64,000 nt of DNA from an uncultured virus (IMG/VR IMGVR_UViG_3300042988_001938) (IMGVR_UViG_3300042988_001938); one strand, 5' to 3'; shown: positions 1 to 9,922, counted from the first letter of the stretch. Numbers and translations are program-made. The notes: a model not told the origin generated them from the letters alone.

Positions 1-62
1 ATTCATAGTCTCTCTTTTTATTTGTTTACATCACTCTAACAACTGAAATTTCAAAAATCACA

Positions 63-183
63 AAAATTATAAATCTATTTGTTTTTTTATTATAAATTTA
101 GAAAATTGTGCAAACCCAGAGTTTAATGCAGGCTGGAGTCTACTCTTCCGACTGTATTTCAAAGCCAGGCCCCTTTTATATAG
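63..183 (-). ncRNA. putative small RNA cassette (family copy 1)
   Basis: No ORF between motif copies 184 and 34; core AGAGTAGACTCCAGCCTGC (128-146) shared with three other non-coding cassettes. Confidence 0.5.
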
Positions 184-307
184 CTCTAACAACTGGAATC
201 TCAAAAATCACAAAACCCCCAGTTGGTAGGCTGGGGGTCTCGCTGGACTAAACAAACAGGGCTAACCAGCCCACCTGCACGCAGCAGGTCTCGACAAACA
301 AACTTTT

Positions 308-499
308 TTATTTATTTTCAGTTACGCTTTTAATAGCGTCAATGTAATCTTTCTGCAACTTCTCTGCTCCTGCCTCATCTACCGTCTTCAACTTGGCAAT
401 AAGGTCATTTACACCACAACCCTTAACAGGAAGTGTTTTATTTTTGATGGCTTTCAGTTTTGTCTTGATAGCCTTCTCTAGGTCGTCTGCGTAACTCAT
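308..499 (-). CDS. hypothetical protein
   Basis: ATG at 499 (MSYADD...) directly after the stop of 501..680. Confidence 0.7.
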   Translation of the reverse strand: MSYADDLEKAIKTKLKAIKNKTLPVKGCGVNDLIAKLKTVDEAGAEKLQKDYIDAIKSVTENK

Positions 500-500
500 C

Positions 501-680
501 TTAGTTCTCTTCTTTAATTTCAACTGTCAAAATACCGTCTGTGTTAATATCTTTAGGCAACTCAACCTCTGTGTTGTAGACATTTGAAATTTGAAGTGCT
601 CGACCAATTTCAATCAGGCGTACCGCTAGTTGGTCTACTGACCCACTTCCTGAAATGTTTATGTTTAAGTTCTTTGCCAT
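501..680 (-). CDS. hypothetical protein (59 aa, not in ORF track)
   Basis: Hand-translated MAKNLNINISGSGSVDQLAVRL...; ATG 16 nt downstream of motif 697. Confidence 0.7.
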   Translation of the reverse strand: MAKNLNINISGSGSVDQLAVRLIEIGRALQISNVYNTEVELPKDINTDGILTVEIKEEN

Positions 681-729
681 TTTACTTTCTTTACTTATCT
701 AACAACCCGTTTCTCAAAAATCACAGAGT

Positions 730-984
730 TTATTTTGTTAACTTTTCAATCAACTCATTTGGAGTTCCTTTCCAAGTTTTTCCACCAATAGAAACTTCAA
801 TTTCGCAGTTTTCTCTTCTTTTATAAGATTCACCAAAACCCTCAAAAGCATCCACAGAAATGTAATCTTCATGTGAGTTGTTTTCAGAGCCGCCCACAAA
901 AGAAACAACTTGTCCTTTGTTTTCTTGGTAAGAAGGGCTTCCGCCTCTAACACCTGTAACTTTTAAGTTTATTTTTGCGCTCAT
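730..984 (-). CDS. hypothetical protein
   Basis: ATG (MSAKIN) downstream of motif 999; the track's longer start lies inside the motif. Confidence 0.75.
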   Translation of the reverse strand: MSAKINLKVTGVRGGSPSYQENKGQVVSFVGGSENNSHEDYISVDAFEGFGESYKRRENCEIEVSIGGKTWKGTPNELIEKLTK

Positions 985-1029
985 AAATTCGTTTTTAACT
1001 CTAACCACTCGTTTCTCAAAAATCACAAA

Positions 1030-1236
1030 TCAAATGTTTGACTGTGCAATAATTTCCTTTGCTTCATTGGTGAACTCATCATCACTCAAAGCCAATAGTC
1101 GGTCTTTCTCTTCTTCGTCAAACCAAACTGAAACAGCAACAACGTTGTCAGTTACAAGAGCAAGGTTAAATAATCCCTTTGCCATAAGGTTTCCTTCGTT
1201 AAGGCGAATATCGTTTACTTGTCTTAAAACATTCAT
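1030..1236 (-). CDS. hypothetical protein
   Basis: Fills the interval between motifs 1260 and 999. Confidence 0.75.
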   Translation of the reverse strand: MNVLRQVNDIRLNEGNLMAKGLFNLALVTDNVVAVSVWFDEEEKDRLLALSDDEFTNEAKEIIAQSNI

Positions 1237-1290
1237 GTCTATATCATTTGGTTACAAGACTCTAACAACTCGTTTCTCAAAAATCACAAA

Positions 1291-1758
1291 TTACTTATGA
1301 CTTTTTATATATTCCATTTTTTTAGCCAAGGCTTCTTTCATCATGTCCTCAGTGAACCAAGAAAACATTCTGCTGTCAATTACCATGTGAACGAATGTCT
1401 CCACATGAACAACAAAAAATGAACCAGCTGGCTTAACTTCAATTTTGTACTTGTGAGGAATTCCACCGCTACAACTCCAAGAACCATTTTCTTTAATAAA
1501 GCAAGAAATTGTTTCTAAGTTTTCATTGTAGTCAAGACTTTGAGTGTGGACGTGCCAAGCAAGGTCGTTCTTGCTAATTCTCTCCCATCTGTTCCAATTA
1601 CTTGTATGCTCCGAATAGAACCCGTTAAGGAGGTCTGTAACATATCGTGCAACGTCCTCAAGAGTTGGAAGTGTTATTGAACTTGTTCCCTCTTGCGCAG
1701 AAACATATGAAGTTCCCGTTGCGTGTAAATTGTTTGCTTCAAATTTTATTAGTTCCAT
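1291..1758 (-). CDS. hypothetical protein (leaderless)
   Basis: ATG 4 nt from motif 1763. Confidence 0.8.
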   Translation of the reverse strand: MELIKFEANNLHATGTSYVSAQEGTSSITLPTLEDVARYVTDLLNGFYSEHTSNWNRWERISKNDLAWHVHTQSLDYNENLETISCFIKENGSWSCSGGIPHKYKIEVKPAGSFFVVHVETFVHMVIDSRMFSWFTEDMMKEALAKKMEYIKSHK

Positions 1759-1847
1759 GTTACTCTAACAACTCAGTTCTCAAAAATCACAAAGGGAGAG
1801 AAAAACTTCCCTCCCCTTGCAACATGAAAACAAACAACAAACTTTAG

Positions 1848-1922
1848 TGGCACATCAGGGATTCGAACCCAATCAACCTATTATTTCAGTTGCGCCTTCA
1901 CTAGGGAAGCCAATCATGTGCC
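1848..1922 (-). ncRNA. tRNA-like element (degenerate tRNA)
   Basis: Acceptor stem GGCACAT/ATGTGCC plus A, T-arm GGGTTCGAATCCC; non-canonical D and anticodon arms. Confidence 0.55.
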
Positions 1923-1941
1923 GTTTTTTAAGCAGGGAGAA

Positions 1942-2172
1942 TTAACTCCACTGCTTCATTTTTTCTGTGAAGTATGTTACAACTTCGGGAATGTATTTTT
2001 TGTAGTAAGGCTGGTTGTCCATGCACCACTTCTTAACTTCATCTTTTGTCTTGAAGGGGTCAATGTGTGAGCGACCACTCATAATCATATCGAACGTAGG
2101 TTCAAGTTCCTCAATGAACGCCCCAACTGTCCAACCTTCCCAAATGTGCTTATTCAAATTTACGTTTGCCAT
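1942..2172 (-). CDS. hypothetical protein
   Basis: Downstream of motif 2192. Confidence 0.8.
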   Translation of the reverse strand: MANVNLNKHIWEGWTVGAFIEELEPTFDMIMSGRSHIDPFKTKDEVKKWCMDNQPYYKKYIPEVVTYFTEKMKQWS

Positions 2173-2224
2173 ATCTGTTTGTCTTATATTACTCTAACAA
2201 CTCATTTCTCAAAAATCACAAGAG

Positions 2225-2674
2225 TTACTTTAGCAACTCATGTTTTAAGCTTCCAATTCGCTTGTAGAACCCTGCTGTGTGTTTTGAGTCATTAAGTCCA
2301 AGCAACTTGTAGTCGAAGTGGTGACAAAGCTCATGTAGGAGCGTATCCAGTGTTGTCTTGTTCGCTACCACCTTTCCAGTCTTAGCTGTGTGCTTGTAAA
2401 GTGTAATAGTGCTTCCAAGCGCTCTGTAAGTTCCATAAATCTTTGAGGCAAGCGTACCTTTGGAGTTTGTACTGTGCGGCTGCTTTCCACCGTATGAAAT
2501 CGAGCAAACTGGAACTGCGAGGTCCTTGCAAATTGCGTCTGCAATAGACTTTAGTTCACCAACCGTCAAGCTGTCTGCGTTGAAAAACTTTTGGAACTGT
2601 GCTCTTGTTCCTGTCTTAATTTTATTAAGTTTTGGAAGTGTCTCAATGCTGTTTGAAATTTCGTAAGTTGTCAT
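2225..2674 (-). CDS. SprT-like / zincin metallopeptidase-domain protein
   Basis: TLLHELCHH (HExxH) followed by H-x-x-x-F near the C-terminus. Confidence 0.7.
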   Translation of the reverse strand: MTTYEISNSIETLPKLNKIKTGTRAQFQKFFNADSLTVGELKSIADAICKDLAVPVCSISYGGKQPHSTNSKGTLASKIYGTYRALGSTITLYKHTAKTGKVVANKTTLDTLLHELCHHFDYKLLGLNDSKHTAGFYKRIGSLKHELLK

Positions 2675-2724
2675 GTTGCTTGTTTTGTTTGTTTACAACA
2701 CTCTAACAACTCAATTCTCAAAAA

Positions 2725-2931
2725 TCACAAGTACTTTTTACCAAATTCTACAATTTTTTCATTTGGCAAACAAGAATATTTAATATGAATTGGAATTGAA
2801 ACTTTCAGTGCTTTTAGAATCTCTTCTTTTTCTGCTTCATCAGTCTCCTCTTCAAGTTTTTGAATTAAATTAAGTGTTACCTCTTTTAAGAGACCTAAAT
2901 CAATTGTACTGAATAAATTTTCTAAAGTCAT
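2725..2931 (-). CDS. hypothetical protein
   Basis: Stop TGA lies in motif 2701. Confidence 0.75.
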   Translation of the reverse strand: MTLENLFSTIDLGLLKEVTLNLIQKLEEETDEAEKEEILKALKVSIPIHIKYSCLPNEKIVEFGKKYL

Positions 2932-2986
2932 ATTGAGTGTTTATATAAGTCTAACAACTGGAATCTCAATAATCACAATGATGCCA

Positions 2987-3253
2987 CTATTTAATAATGG
3001 CATCAATCTTTTCTTTCTCACTGAAGTTCTTGATGTATTTATCATAGAATTCGGAGTTTGTTGCCTTTTGCTTCTCTGTTGGCTTTAAATAGAATTTTCT
3101 AAAAGACTCAAATCCAGCAATTGAAATACCTATAAATCCAAGTCTTTCATTTACATGAAATGTTAATTCAATTTTACCGTATTTTCTAAAATCAGACTGT
3201 GAAACTGCGCCAGTTGAAACGGTGTTATCTGTTGTAAATCCTGAAATATTCAT
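2987..3253 (-). CDS. hypothetical protein
   Basis: Between motifs 3277 and 2949. Confidence 0.75.
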   Translation of the reverse strand: MNISGFTTDNTVSTGAVSQSDFRKYGKIELTFHVNERLGFIGISIAGFESFRKFYLKPTEKQKATNSEFYDKYIKNFSEKEKIDAIIK

Positions 3254-3300
3254 TATCTTGTTGTTTGGTTACGACACTCTAACAACTCGATTTTCAAAAA

Positions 3301-3597
3301 TCACAGTTTAATTCCTGTAATTACAATTCGCTTATCACTAATATAAGAATACTCAAATAAATCTTTAAACATTTGTTCTTGGTCATCAAAAGGAAAACAC
3401 TCATCCCAATTAACATCAAGAACTGGTTTATCCCCCTCCATTGTCAATCGCATCATACCCTGACCACTTGTTCTTGAGTCTGCTCCAAAAAGCCAAAATG
3501 CTTTGTATTTTTGGTTTGTGAGAATGAATACAATAATTGTCTGCAATTCCATTGCTTTAAGACTTTGAGCTTTTTTCTTTAAATATTGAATGTTCAT
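3301..3597 (-). CDS. hypothetical protein (leaderless)
   Basis: ATG 4 nt from motif 3602; stop in motif 3277. Confidence 0.8.
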   Translation of the reverse strand: MNIQYLKKKAQSLKAMELQTIIVFILTNQKYKAFWLFGADSRTSGQGMMRLTMEGDKPVLDVNWDECFPFDDQEQMFKDLFEYSYISDKRIVITGIKL

Positions 3598-3625
3598 ATC
3601 ACTCTAACAATTAAGTTTTCAAAAA

Positions 3626-3835
3626 TCACAATTTCTCCACCAGCTTAAGTGTGTTTTCATTGACAAGACAAGGCAATGAAAATTTTCCTTCTCCACGGTC
3701 AATAAGTACAATAGCTTCTCCATTTTCGAATTTGCTAAGAATTCCTTTGATTAGAACTCCATTGTGAATACCACAGCACCCAATTGCGCTTACTTGGTGT
3801 CCAATCATTTTATTCACTTCATCAAGAAATACCAT
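3626..3835 (-). CDS. hypothetical protein
   Basis: Stop in motif 3602. Confidence 0.75.
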   Translation of the reverse strand: MVFLDEVNKMIGHQVSAIGCCGIHNGVLIKGILSKFENGEAIVLIDRGEGKFSLPCLVNENTLKLVEKL

Positions 3836-3886
3836 GTTCGTTTTGTTTGCTATAACACTCTAACAACCTAAATCTCAAAAATCACA

Positions 3887-3990
3887 GATTGGCTTGAGGA
3901 GTCCTTTAAAAAAAAATAAGGAGCAGGTTGGAGTCTACCCTCCGCAACAAACAAAGTTGTTGAGCCTGTCTCGGTCTCCCACCGACATAA
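3887..3990 (-). ncRNA. putative small RNA cassette (family copy 2)
   Basis: Motif-flanked, no ORF, hairpins, core AGGGTAGACTCCAACCTGC (3923-3941) then T-tract. Confidence 0.55.
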
Positions 3991-4025
3991 CTCTAACAAC
4001 TCAAATCTCAAAAATCACAACCTTC

Positions 4026-4388
4026 CTACTGAATAGTTATAAAGTACCCACCTCCCAAATATTTCTGTCTAACTTCTTTGTGGTCTCTTCTAAATACTTC
4101 ACGAGCAGCCATTTTGTTTTTTGCCTGAACGGTGCAAGTCCAAAAAACCTCTCTACTTCGGTTGACAATTTTAATGACAAAACTTTTTTCTCCTGATTTT
4201 TTTATTTGGCTTGAGTAGGCTTGTGTGTTAATTGCCGCTCGTTCCTCAGCTCGTTCTCTCAGGTAATGAGCTTTTTCTTCTTCGCTCAAAATAGTACCAT
4301 CCAATGTCAGCCTGTCTCTCTCTTCGGGTGTTAAACCCTCCCAGAAATCCATTTGCTCCATTGAGCCATATTCGTCATTAATATCCAT
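4026..4388 (-). CDS. hypothetical protein
   Basis: Downstream of motif 4412. Confidence 0.8.
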   Translation of the reverse strand: MDINDEYGSMEQMDFWEGLTPEERDRLTLDGTILSEEEKAHYLRERAEERAAINTQAYSSQIKKSGEKSFVIKIVNRSREVFWTCTVQAKNKMAAREVFRRDHKEVRQKYLGGGYFITIQ

Positions 4389-4435
4389 GATAAGCCTTTA
4401 TATTTACAACACTCTAACAACCCAAATCTCAAAAA

Positions 4436-4750
4436 TCACCAACGACCACGCTTTCCGCCCTTGTTTTTTCTTCCCATGAACTTGGAGAACGGGTGGTAAC
4501 TCTCAATCTCTCTCTTGGTAGGAATGTATTCAGTCTCAAATTTTGGAGGCGCAGTTAATAGAATTGTCTCCATTGAAAGTTGTCTTTGTTGCATAATTTC
4601 TTCGTGTTCATTAATATTTTCAAGTGTTGTAATTAAAATACCACCTTTCATGCTTGCTTCTAAACTTGCATTTTCTGCTATTAGTCTCCTAGTAGCTTCC
4701 ATACAAAAACCCATACCAACTACTATAACATTAATTTTCTGCTTTTTCAT
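4436..4750 (-). CDS. hypothetical protein
   Basis: ATG (MKKQKI) after the stop of 4753..4896; stop in motif 4412. Confidence 0.7.
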   Translation of the reverse strand: MKKQKINVIVVGMGFCMEATRRLIAENASLEASMKGGILITTLENINEHEEIMQQRQLSMETILLTAPPKFETEYIPTKREIESYHPFSKFMGRKNKGGKRGRW

Positions 4751-4752
4751 AA

Positions 4753-4896
4753 CTAGAGTTGAACTGTTGTTGAACATTCGAATCGTGTGCCATCCTCATT
4801 GTATAGCCACTGGGTAAGGAGTGTTCCCTTATTTTGTTCTGCAGCAACTTTTTTTGCTTCATCACTCAATTGCTGGTATTTGTATGCTGTTCTCAT
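4753..4896 (-). CDS. small hypothetical protein (47 aa, leaderless)
   Basis: MRTAYKYQQLSDEAKKVA...; ATG 4 nt from motif 4901. Confidence 0.65.
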   Translation of the reverse strand: MRTAYKYQQLSDEAKKVAAEQNKGTLLTQWLYNEDGTRFECSTTVQL

Positions 4897-4924
4897 AATG
4901 TTCTAACAACTAATTTCTCAAAAA

Positions 4925-6025
4925 TCACACATAGTACTCAACATCTTCGCTGTGGGTAATAGAATGTACAATTCTTACAATTCTATAAAATCCCTCACCA
5001 GAACATCTCTCCTTAAAAATTTCTTTTCCGTTTCTTAGTTCGCAAATTTCATAAGGAAGTGTGTTTGGCTTATTCAGTTGAGTTTTATAAATTTTCTTAA
5101 CTAAATACTTGCAATAATCACCACTTCTTAGTCGTCTAATATTGCAATAAGCATTTCCTCTTGAGTAGTACAATTCATGTCTTGCATAACTAAACTGCAA
5201 GACAACCAAGTTATCATCCCCCTCTTGTAATTCACTCGCATCTACTTTTTGAAAATAAACATGACAGCGTTTTTCATAATCCCAAACACAAATGTTATCT
5301 TTATTTTTAACAAAACCTTTTTCATCTATGCAGTCGCTAGGAACTCTATAAGGCATTCCATGTTGTAGCCATCTCCAAGAAGAAAGTTTTTCATCTCGGT
5401 AAACAAGACCATCAATAATTTGAATCGGTGTATGCTTGTATGGGTATTTTGTTGCAAAGTCAAGAGTTCCCTCCTCAGACTTAAATTCACACTCCCAAAA
5501 TTGAACTGTATTTACTTCAAAGTCTTTACCTAGAACATTGAATATTTTTTGTGCTAAATCAGAATCATTCAAAATCACATGGCTTCCAGTATCTTTTGCA
5601 ACCCAGTCAAAACCTCTGTAAACATAAAAGTTTCCAGTAGTAGAATTTGCTTCCCAACCACCAAGAGTTAGCGTGTTATCAGCGGAAGCGTGTCCAGACC
5701 CATCAAGTCTAAAAGACAAATGTGTAATAAATTTAGCTCTACCTCTGTTTTCAACTTTTCCAAAAAAGTCTTGAAACTCCTTAGGTAACTCCTTAACTTT
5801 TAGTATCGCTGGACCTCGGTCTTTACCTGTAAATCTATCAATTCCACAGTCCCAATCGTGAACATGGCAGTTATAATGAATAATGTCTGCGCAATAAACA
5901 TGAACTCCATCAATCTTATCGTATCGACTATTCTCATAGACAGCATAAATAGACTCAATTCGTTTGCCGTTGAACTTCGGCAATTCATCATATTTTATTA
6001 ATGTCTTTTCGTTTCCTAGTGCCAT
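4925..6025 (-). CDS. hypothetical protein (366 aa, largest in the array)
   Basis: Long ORF; stop in motif 4901. Confidence 0.85.
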   Translation of the reverse strand: MALGNEKTLIKYDELPKFNGKRIESIYAVYENSRYDKIDGVHVYCADIIHYNCHVHDWDCGIDRFTGKDRGPAILKVKELPKEFQDFFGKVENRGRAKFITHLSFRLDGSGHASADNTLTLGGWEANSTTGNFYVYRGFDWVAKDTGSHVILNDSDLAQKIFNVLGKDFEVNTVQFWECEFKSEEGTLDFATKYPYKHTPIQIIDGLVYRDEKLSSWRWLQHGMPYRVPSDCIDEKGFVKNKDNICVWDYEKRCHVYFQKVDASELQEGDDNLVVLQFSYARHELYYSRGNAYCNIRRLRSGDYCKYLVKKIYKTQLNKPNTLPYEICELRNGKEIFKERCSGEGFYRIVRIVHSITHSEDVEYYV

Positions 6026-6135
6026 AATGTCTATGTTTTTTAATCTAACAACTCAATTCTCAAAAATCACAAAATCAAAAAGGGGAAGCATTTACTCCCC
6101 CGATTTGGTAACAAACAAACAACAAACTAAAATCT

Positions 6136-6627
6136 TTATTCTTCGACTCCTTCGCCTAAGTATTCATTAATAATCTCGTACTGTGGCATTCCATCTAGGT
6201 CAAGCTCACTTTCTCTTTCTTCAAGAAGAACCATTTCACCAGTACATTGAATCTTGACAAACTTTTCATAAGCTTTCTCTTTATCTTCAAAGTATTCATA
6301 TACAATATATCCGTTCTTACCATGTGTTCCAACTCGGAAATTTGGTGTAATCCCATCAATAACGGAGTCAATCGCAATGCAAAGGTCTTCTAATTTTAGA
6401 GAATCAAAGCTATATTCATATCCTGAATTGTCAAACAATCCATCTTCTGAAATCTCAACAAGCCAACCATTTGAGCCTAAGTTAAACATAGCTTCATCAT
6501 CGTGAATCATAATCACAAGACGACTATTTGTGAATCTACTCTGAACCCCTTTTGTTTCAAGAAGTGTTTCAATAGTATCTTTAACCTTTTGGTTAAATGT
6601 TTCAAGTTTTGCTCCTAATTTTTCCAT
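6136..6627 (-). CDS. hypothetical acidic protein (leaderless)
   Basis: ATG 4 nt from motif 6632; hairpin terminator at about 6075-6103. Confidence 0.8.
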   Translation of the reverse strand: MEKLGAKLETFNQKVKDTIETLLETKGVQSRFTNSRLVIMIHDDEAMFNLGSNGWLVEISEDGLFDNSGYEYSFDSLKLEDLCIAIDSVIDGITPNFRVGTHGKNGYIVYEYFEDKEKAYEKFVKIQCTGEMVLLEERESELDLDGMPQYEIINEYLGEGVEE

Positions 6628-6655
6628 GACTCTCTAACAATTGGTTTCTCAAAAA

Positions 6656-6835
6656 TCACATAGAGTATTTTTTCAACTTCTTGAAGGACTTGGTGTGTCT
6701 TCCTTTCTTCACGTCATCTTGCGAGAAGAAGAAACAACCTTTTTCCTTGGTTGATAGAATTGCTTCCATCTTTGTCGGACGTGCTCTTAGGAAATCCCCT
6801 TTGCTGTTGAATACGTATGTCTTTTGATTTTTCAT
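6656..6835 (-). CDS. small basic hypothetical protein (59 aa, leaderless)
   Basis: MKNQKTYVFNSKGDFLRAR...; ATG 4 nt from motif 6840, stop in motif 6632. Confidence 0.7.
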   Translation of the reverse strand: MKNQKTYVFNSKGDFLRARPTKMEAILSTKEKGCFFFSQDDVKKGRHTKSFKKLKKYSM

Positions 6836-6856
6836 ACTACTCTAACAACTCATTTC

Positions 6857-7207
6857 TCAAAAATCACGCATGAAATCATCCAACTCTTCTCTCAACTCCA
6901 ATTGGGTTGCAATCTTTTGCACTTCCTCAATGACAAACTTATCGCCATTAACAACTTCAAGTTTTAGGTAGGTCAAGACAATTGACTTTAGGCTTGCATT
7001 GTCAATCCCTGAAACGTAAACACCAAACCCACGAGAAAGGTAATGAGAACGCTTAAATCCTAATCCTACTGGGCGCAAGTCCTCTTCCTTTGCTCGTAGG
7101 CTCTCTCCATTCAGTTTCATTACTGAAACCTCATCATTCATCAATTTTCCTGACTGAATGGTAACCACTCCAAATCGTGGGTGCTGTCTGTAGTTTGTAA
7201 AATCCAT
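6857..7207 (-). CDS. hypothetical protein (leaderless)
   Basis: ATG 4 nt from motif 7212; stop is the second TGA of motif 6840. Confidence 0.8.
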   Translation of the reverse strand: MDFTNYRQHPRFGVVTIQSGKLMNDEVSVMKLNGESLRAKEEDLRPVGLGFKRSHYLSRGFGVYVSGIDNASLKSIVLTYLKLEVVNGDKFVIEEVQKIATQLELREELDDFMRDF

Positions 7208-7235
7208 GACTCTCTAACAATTGACTTCTCAAAAA

Positions 7236-7754
7236 TCACAGAAGAATTTCAGCAATTCTTTCAAACTCCTTGAAGGTGTCCTCCAGCGTTGTGTAAAACC
7301 CGTGTGGAATATTTCCACCATAGACCTTAAGAGTCTCGGTCATAAAGCTATCTTGCTTCTTGAACTCTGTGTATTTACCCTCTCTGAGAGAGTCAACGTT
7401 TTGATAAAAACTGAACTCCTCAACGTACAACACCTTGTTATTTTGGTTTTGGTGAACTCTTAGGAGCGACTTGCCAGCCTTAAGTCTTTCTTCAAGACCC
7501 TCCTTGCGTGAAATCTTAACATCAAAGAATACCTTAAGGTCGCCAGCCTTAGCAATCACTCTGTCTCGACTTCTGTTGGGACAAGCACCCCAATTGTGAC
7601 CAACACCAAGTTCAATCACAATTCCACGCTGGGTGTTAACTGCGTCTTTTAGTGTTGTCGGGCAAAGTTCAATCACTTGCGAAGCTGAAAAATAGCAAGT
7701 TGAGTCTGCTAAAATCTTTTGATTAATTTTTAGTCCATCCATCTTTAAAATCAT
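7236..7754 (-). CDS. hypothetical protein
   Basis: Stop in motif 7212. Confidence 0.8.
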   Translation of the reverse strand: MILKMDGLKINQKILADSTCYFSASQVIELCPTTLKDAVNTQRGIVIELGVGHNWGACPNRSRDRVIAKAGDLKVFFDVKISRKEGLEERLKAGKSLLRVHQNQNNKVLYVEEFSFYQNVDSLREGKYTEFKKQDSFMTETLKVYGGNIPHGFYTTLEDTFKEFERIAEILL

Positions 7755-7794
7755 TTAGTCCGACCATCTAACAACTCATCTCTCAAAAATCACA

Positions 7795-7820
7795 AACCCC
7801 AGGAAAATTCTCCTGGGGTC
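7795..7820 (-). terminator. intrinsic terminator hairpin whose T-tail merges into the motif
   Basis: ACCCCAGGA-N5-TCCTGGGGT then TTGTGATTTTT. Confidence 0.7.
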
Positions 7821-7832
7821 TGCTATAGGTTT

Positions 7833-8246
7833 TTAGAAACCTAAGTTCGTGTTGAGAACTTCAAAACCTTCTGCCTTTGCCTTCTCAACTTCTTTCTTGA
7901 GTTGCGCTAGGTGCGTCTTTTTCGCTTGTGCAATTGAAATCTTGAACTTCTGTGTGAAGTAGTTGCCATCCTTCTTCAAGACAAGAGCCTTGGTCTGTCT
8001 CTTTTGAACAATGTTCAACTCTTCCGCAAGACCCATAATTTCACAATCTGTGTCTAGGTTTGCGAGGTGCTGAATATCCTTCCAAGTTTTCCCTTCCGCT
8101 GGGTAATAGTCGTTGCTTCCACCCTTTCCACTATTTTTGACGTGTGCAACCAGTTTACCATCCTCATATAGGTCTGCAGAGAAACATGCTGTTTCTTCAC
8201 TCATGTCCTCATGAAACTTGAGGTTTTTTAAAGTTAATTTTCTCAT
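7833..8246 (-). CDS. hypothetical protein
   Basis: Downstream of motif 8267; SEET-x-CF-x-A...N-x-G-x-GG pattern. Confidence 0.8.
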   Translation of the reverse strand: MRKLTLKNLKFHEDMSEETACFSADLYEDGKLVAHVKNSGKGGSNDYYPAEGKTWKDIQHLANLDTDCEIMGLAEELNIVQKRQTKALVLKKDGNYFTQKFKISIAQAKKTHLAQLKKEVEKAKAEGFEVLNTNLGF

Positions 8247-8343
8247 TTTTTTGTTTTACGTTGAGCCTCTAACAACGCAAATCTCAAAAATCACAAAAAG
8301 AAAAGGAGAGCAAAAGCCCTCCAATCCTACGTGTAACCAAACA

Positions 8344-8526
8344 CTATTTTTTTCCATCCTTTGAGCCGTATTCAATGATGTTCTTCACTTGTTCTACGTT
8401 CTCAATCATGGTACGACCCCCAAACTCAATTTTCACCTTCATTAGCGAGTCGTATAGTTTCTTCTGTTCCTTGTTAAGCTCCTTGCCATTGGTTGTGAGC
8501 TTGTCAATCGCTTGGTTTATTGTCAT
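8344..8526 (-). CDS. hypothetical protein
   Basis: Preceded by a host-type TTG...TAACTTT promoter rather than the motif. Confidence 0.7.
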   Translation of the reverse strand: MTINQAIDKLTTNGKELNKEQKKLYDSLMKVKIEFGGRTMIENVEQVKNIIEYGSKDGKK

Positions 8527-8576
8527 AACTTTTCCTTTGTATAAAGTTATGAAAAAAAGCAGAATTTTTCAAGTTA

Positions 8577-9302
8577 TTATGTGTATTTGAGAATCATGTA
8601 GAACGAATTAATGTCCGCAATGTGCTTGTAGTGTGTAAATTCACCCTCCTCCTTGTAGCCGTAATGCTTAACCCCATCCTTTTCATCAGACTCAAAGCGC
8701 ATACGAATACTCATTATCAATTCACCACTCTTGTTGTAGAACAAAACCTCGTCAGCGGTCATCTTATTGACGTATTCGTTTTCGTTCTTGAAGTGCTCTT
8801 GCATCTTCTTGTGGAGAACCACTTTCCCCTCAAAAAGATTTCTACAATTTTTAACATCAAATGTAATCTTCTCGGCTTTTACCGTTTTCTTAACGGTGCG
8901 GAAGTTATCCATCTTTCCGTCTTTCCAATCCCACTTAAAGTCGTCTTCTTCCTTATCGTATTTTTCTTTGACAACATTGTAAACTATGTAGTCCTCTTGC
9001 TCCTTTAGTGCCTTCTTGGTTATGCGTTTCTCAATGCAATTCACAAAGCCTTGAATTCTCTTTTGGAACATACCCTTAACAAAAGCGTCATCGAACTGAG
9101 CGTATCCCATTAAGCACTGATAATTTGCTTCAGGGTATTCGGGTAAGTCGCACTGAAGAATTGCTTCAGGGAGCATGAAGTGAAATGCATAAGTATCACT
9201 TCTCTTTCCACCCTTTTCTTTCTTTTCTTCCTTAGCGGCTAAGTCCATGAAGTCCTTAAGGAATTTTTTTGTAAGTTCTTGAAGTTCTGTTGAAATTTCC
9301 AT
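8577..9302 (-). CDS. hypothetical protein (leaderless)
   Basis: ATG 4 nt from motif 9307. Confidence 0.85.
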   Translation of the reverse strand: MEISTELQELTKKFLKDFMDLAAKEEKKEKGGKRSDTYAFHFMLPEAILQCDLPEYPEANYQCLMGYAQFDDAFVKGMFQKRIQGFVNCIEKRITKKALKEQEDYIVYNVVKEKYDKEEDDFKWDWKDGKMDNFRTVKKTVKAEKITFDVKNCRNLFEGKVVLHKKMQEHFKNENEYVNKMTADEVLFYNKSGELIMSIRMRFESDEKDGVKHYGYKEEGEFTHYKHIADINSFYMILKYT

Positions 9303-9330
9303 ATCCCTCTAACAACTGGTTTCTCAAAAA

Positions 9331-9669
9331 TCACGCATGAATCATCATCACACGCTTGTCATTAATATGAATCCAGACATGGCTTCTGGTTCTTCCGCAT
9401 TCGTACTTTTCTCCAGAGTTCTTTGCGAAGTCAGAATTTACAAGCCCCTTGCAATCTAGGAGAAGCATTTCCAATAGAAAGTCATCTGGAGTCATTGTCT
9501 TAGCCATCTCTTGAGTTTCCTTATCACCCCATTTGCCTGAGCGGTTGTTCTCAATTGACTTCTTACCCTCTCGGTTCCAGAAGCTAACACAATCAATAAC
9601 CATGTTTGTAACATAGTCAGGCTTTCTGTCCTTAAGTTCGTTCTGAATTTGTAAATTAACTGCTTCCAT
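9331..9669 (-). CDS. hypothetical protein (leaderless)
   Basis: ATG 4 nt from motif 9674; stop in motif 9307. Confidence 0.8.
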   Translation of the reverse strand: MEAVNLQIQNELKDRKPDYVTNMVIDCVSFWNREGKKSIENNRSGKWGDKETQEMAKTMTPDDFLLEMLLLDCKGLVNSDFAKNSGEKYECGRTRSHVWIHINDKRVMMIHA

Positions 9670-9703
9670 ATTATTCTAACAATTGGTTTCTCAAAAATCA
9701 CAA

Positions 9704-9922
9704 TCAGTTAAGCATGGCAGACCAAAGAATGTTTCTCTTTCTCATCAAGACAATCAACTCTTGAGCCTTTGAGTTCTGTTCCTTTGTTATTACGTCCTTC
9801 GGAGTTCCATCGCTATTGAATAGTTCTGTCTTTAGGGAGAGTAGTCTTTTTGTTTCCTCGTGAGACATACCTGCTAGTCCGTCAATGATATGTTCGCCCT
9901 TAAGAAAAATTGGATTGTTCAT
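9704..9922 (-). CDS. hypothetical protein
   Basis: Between motifs 9944 and 9674. Confidence 0.75.
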   Translation of the reverse strand: MNNPIFLKGEHIIDGLAGMSHEETKRLLSLKTELFNSDGTPKDVITKEQNSKAQELIVLMRKRNILWSAMLN

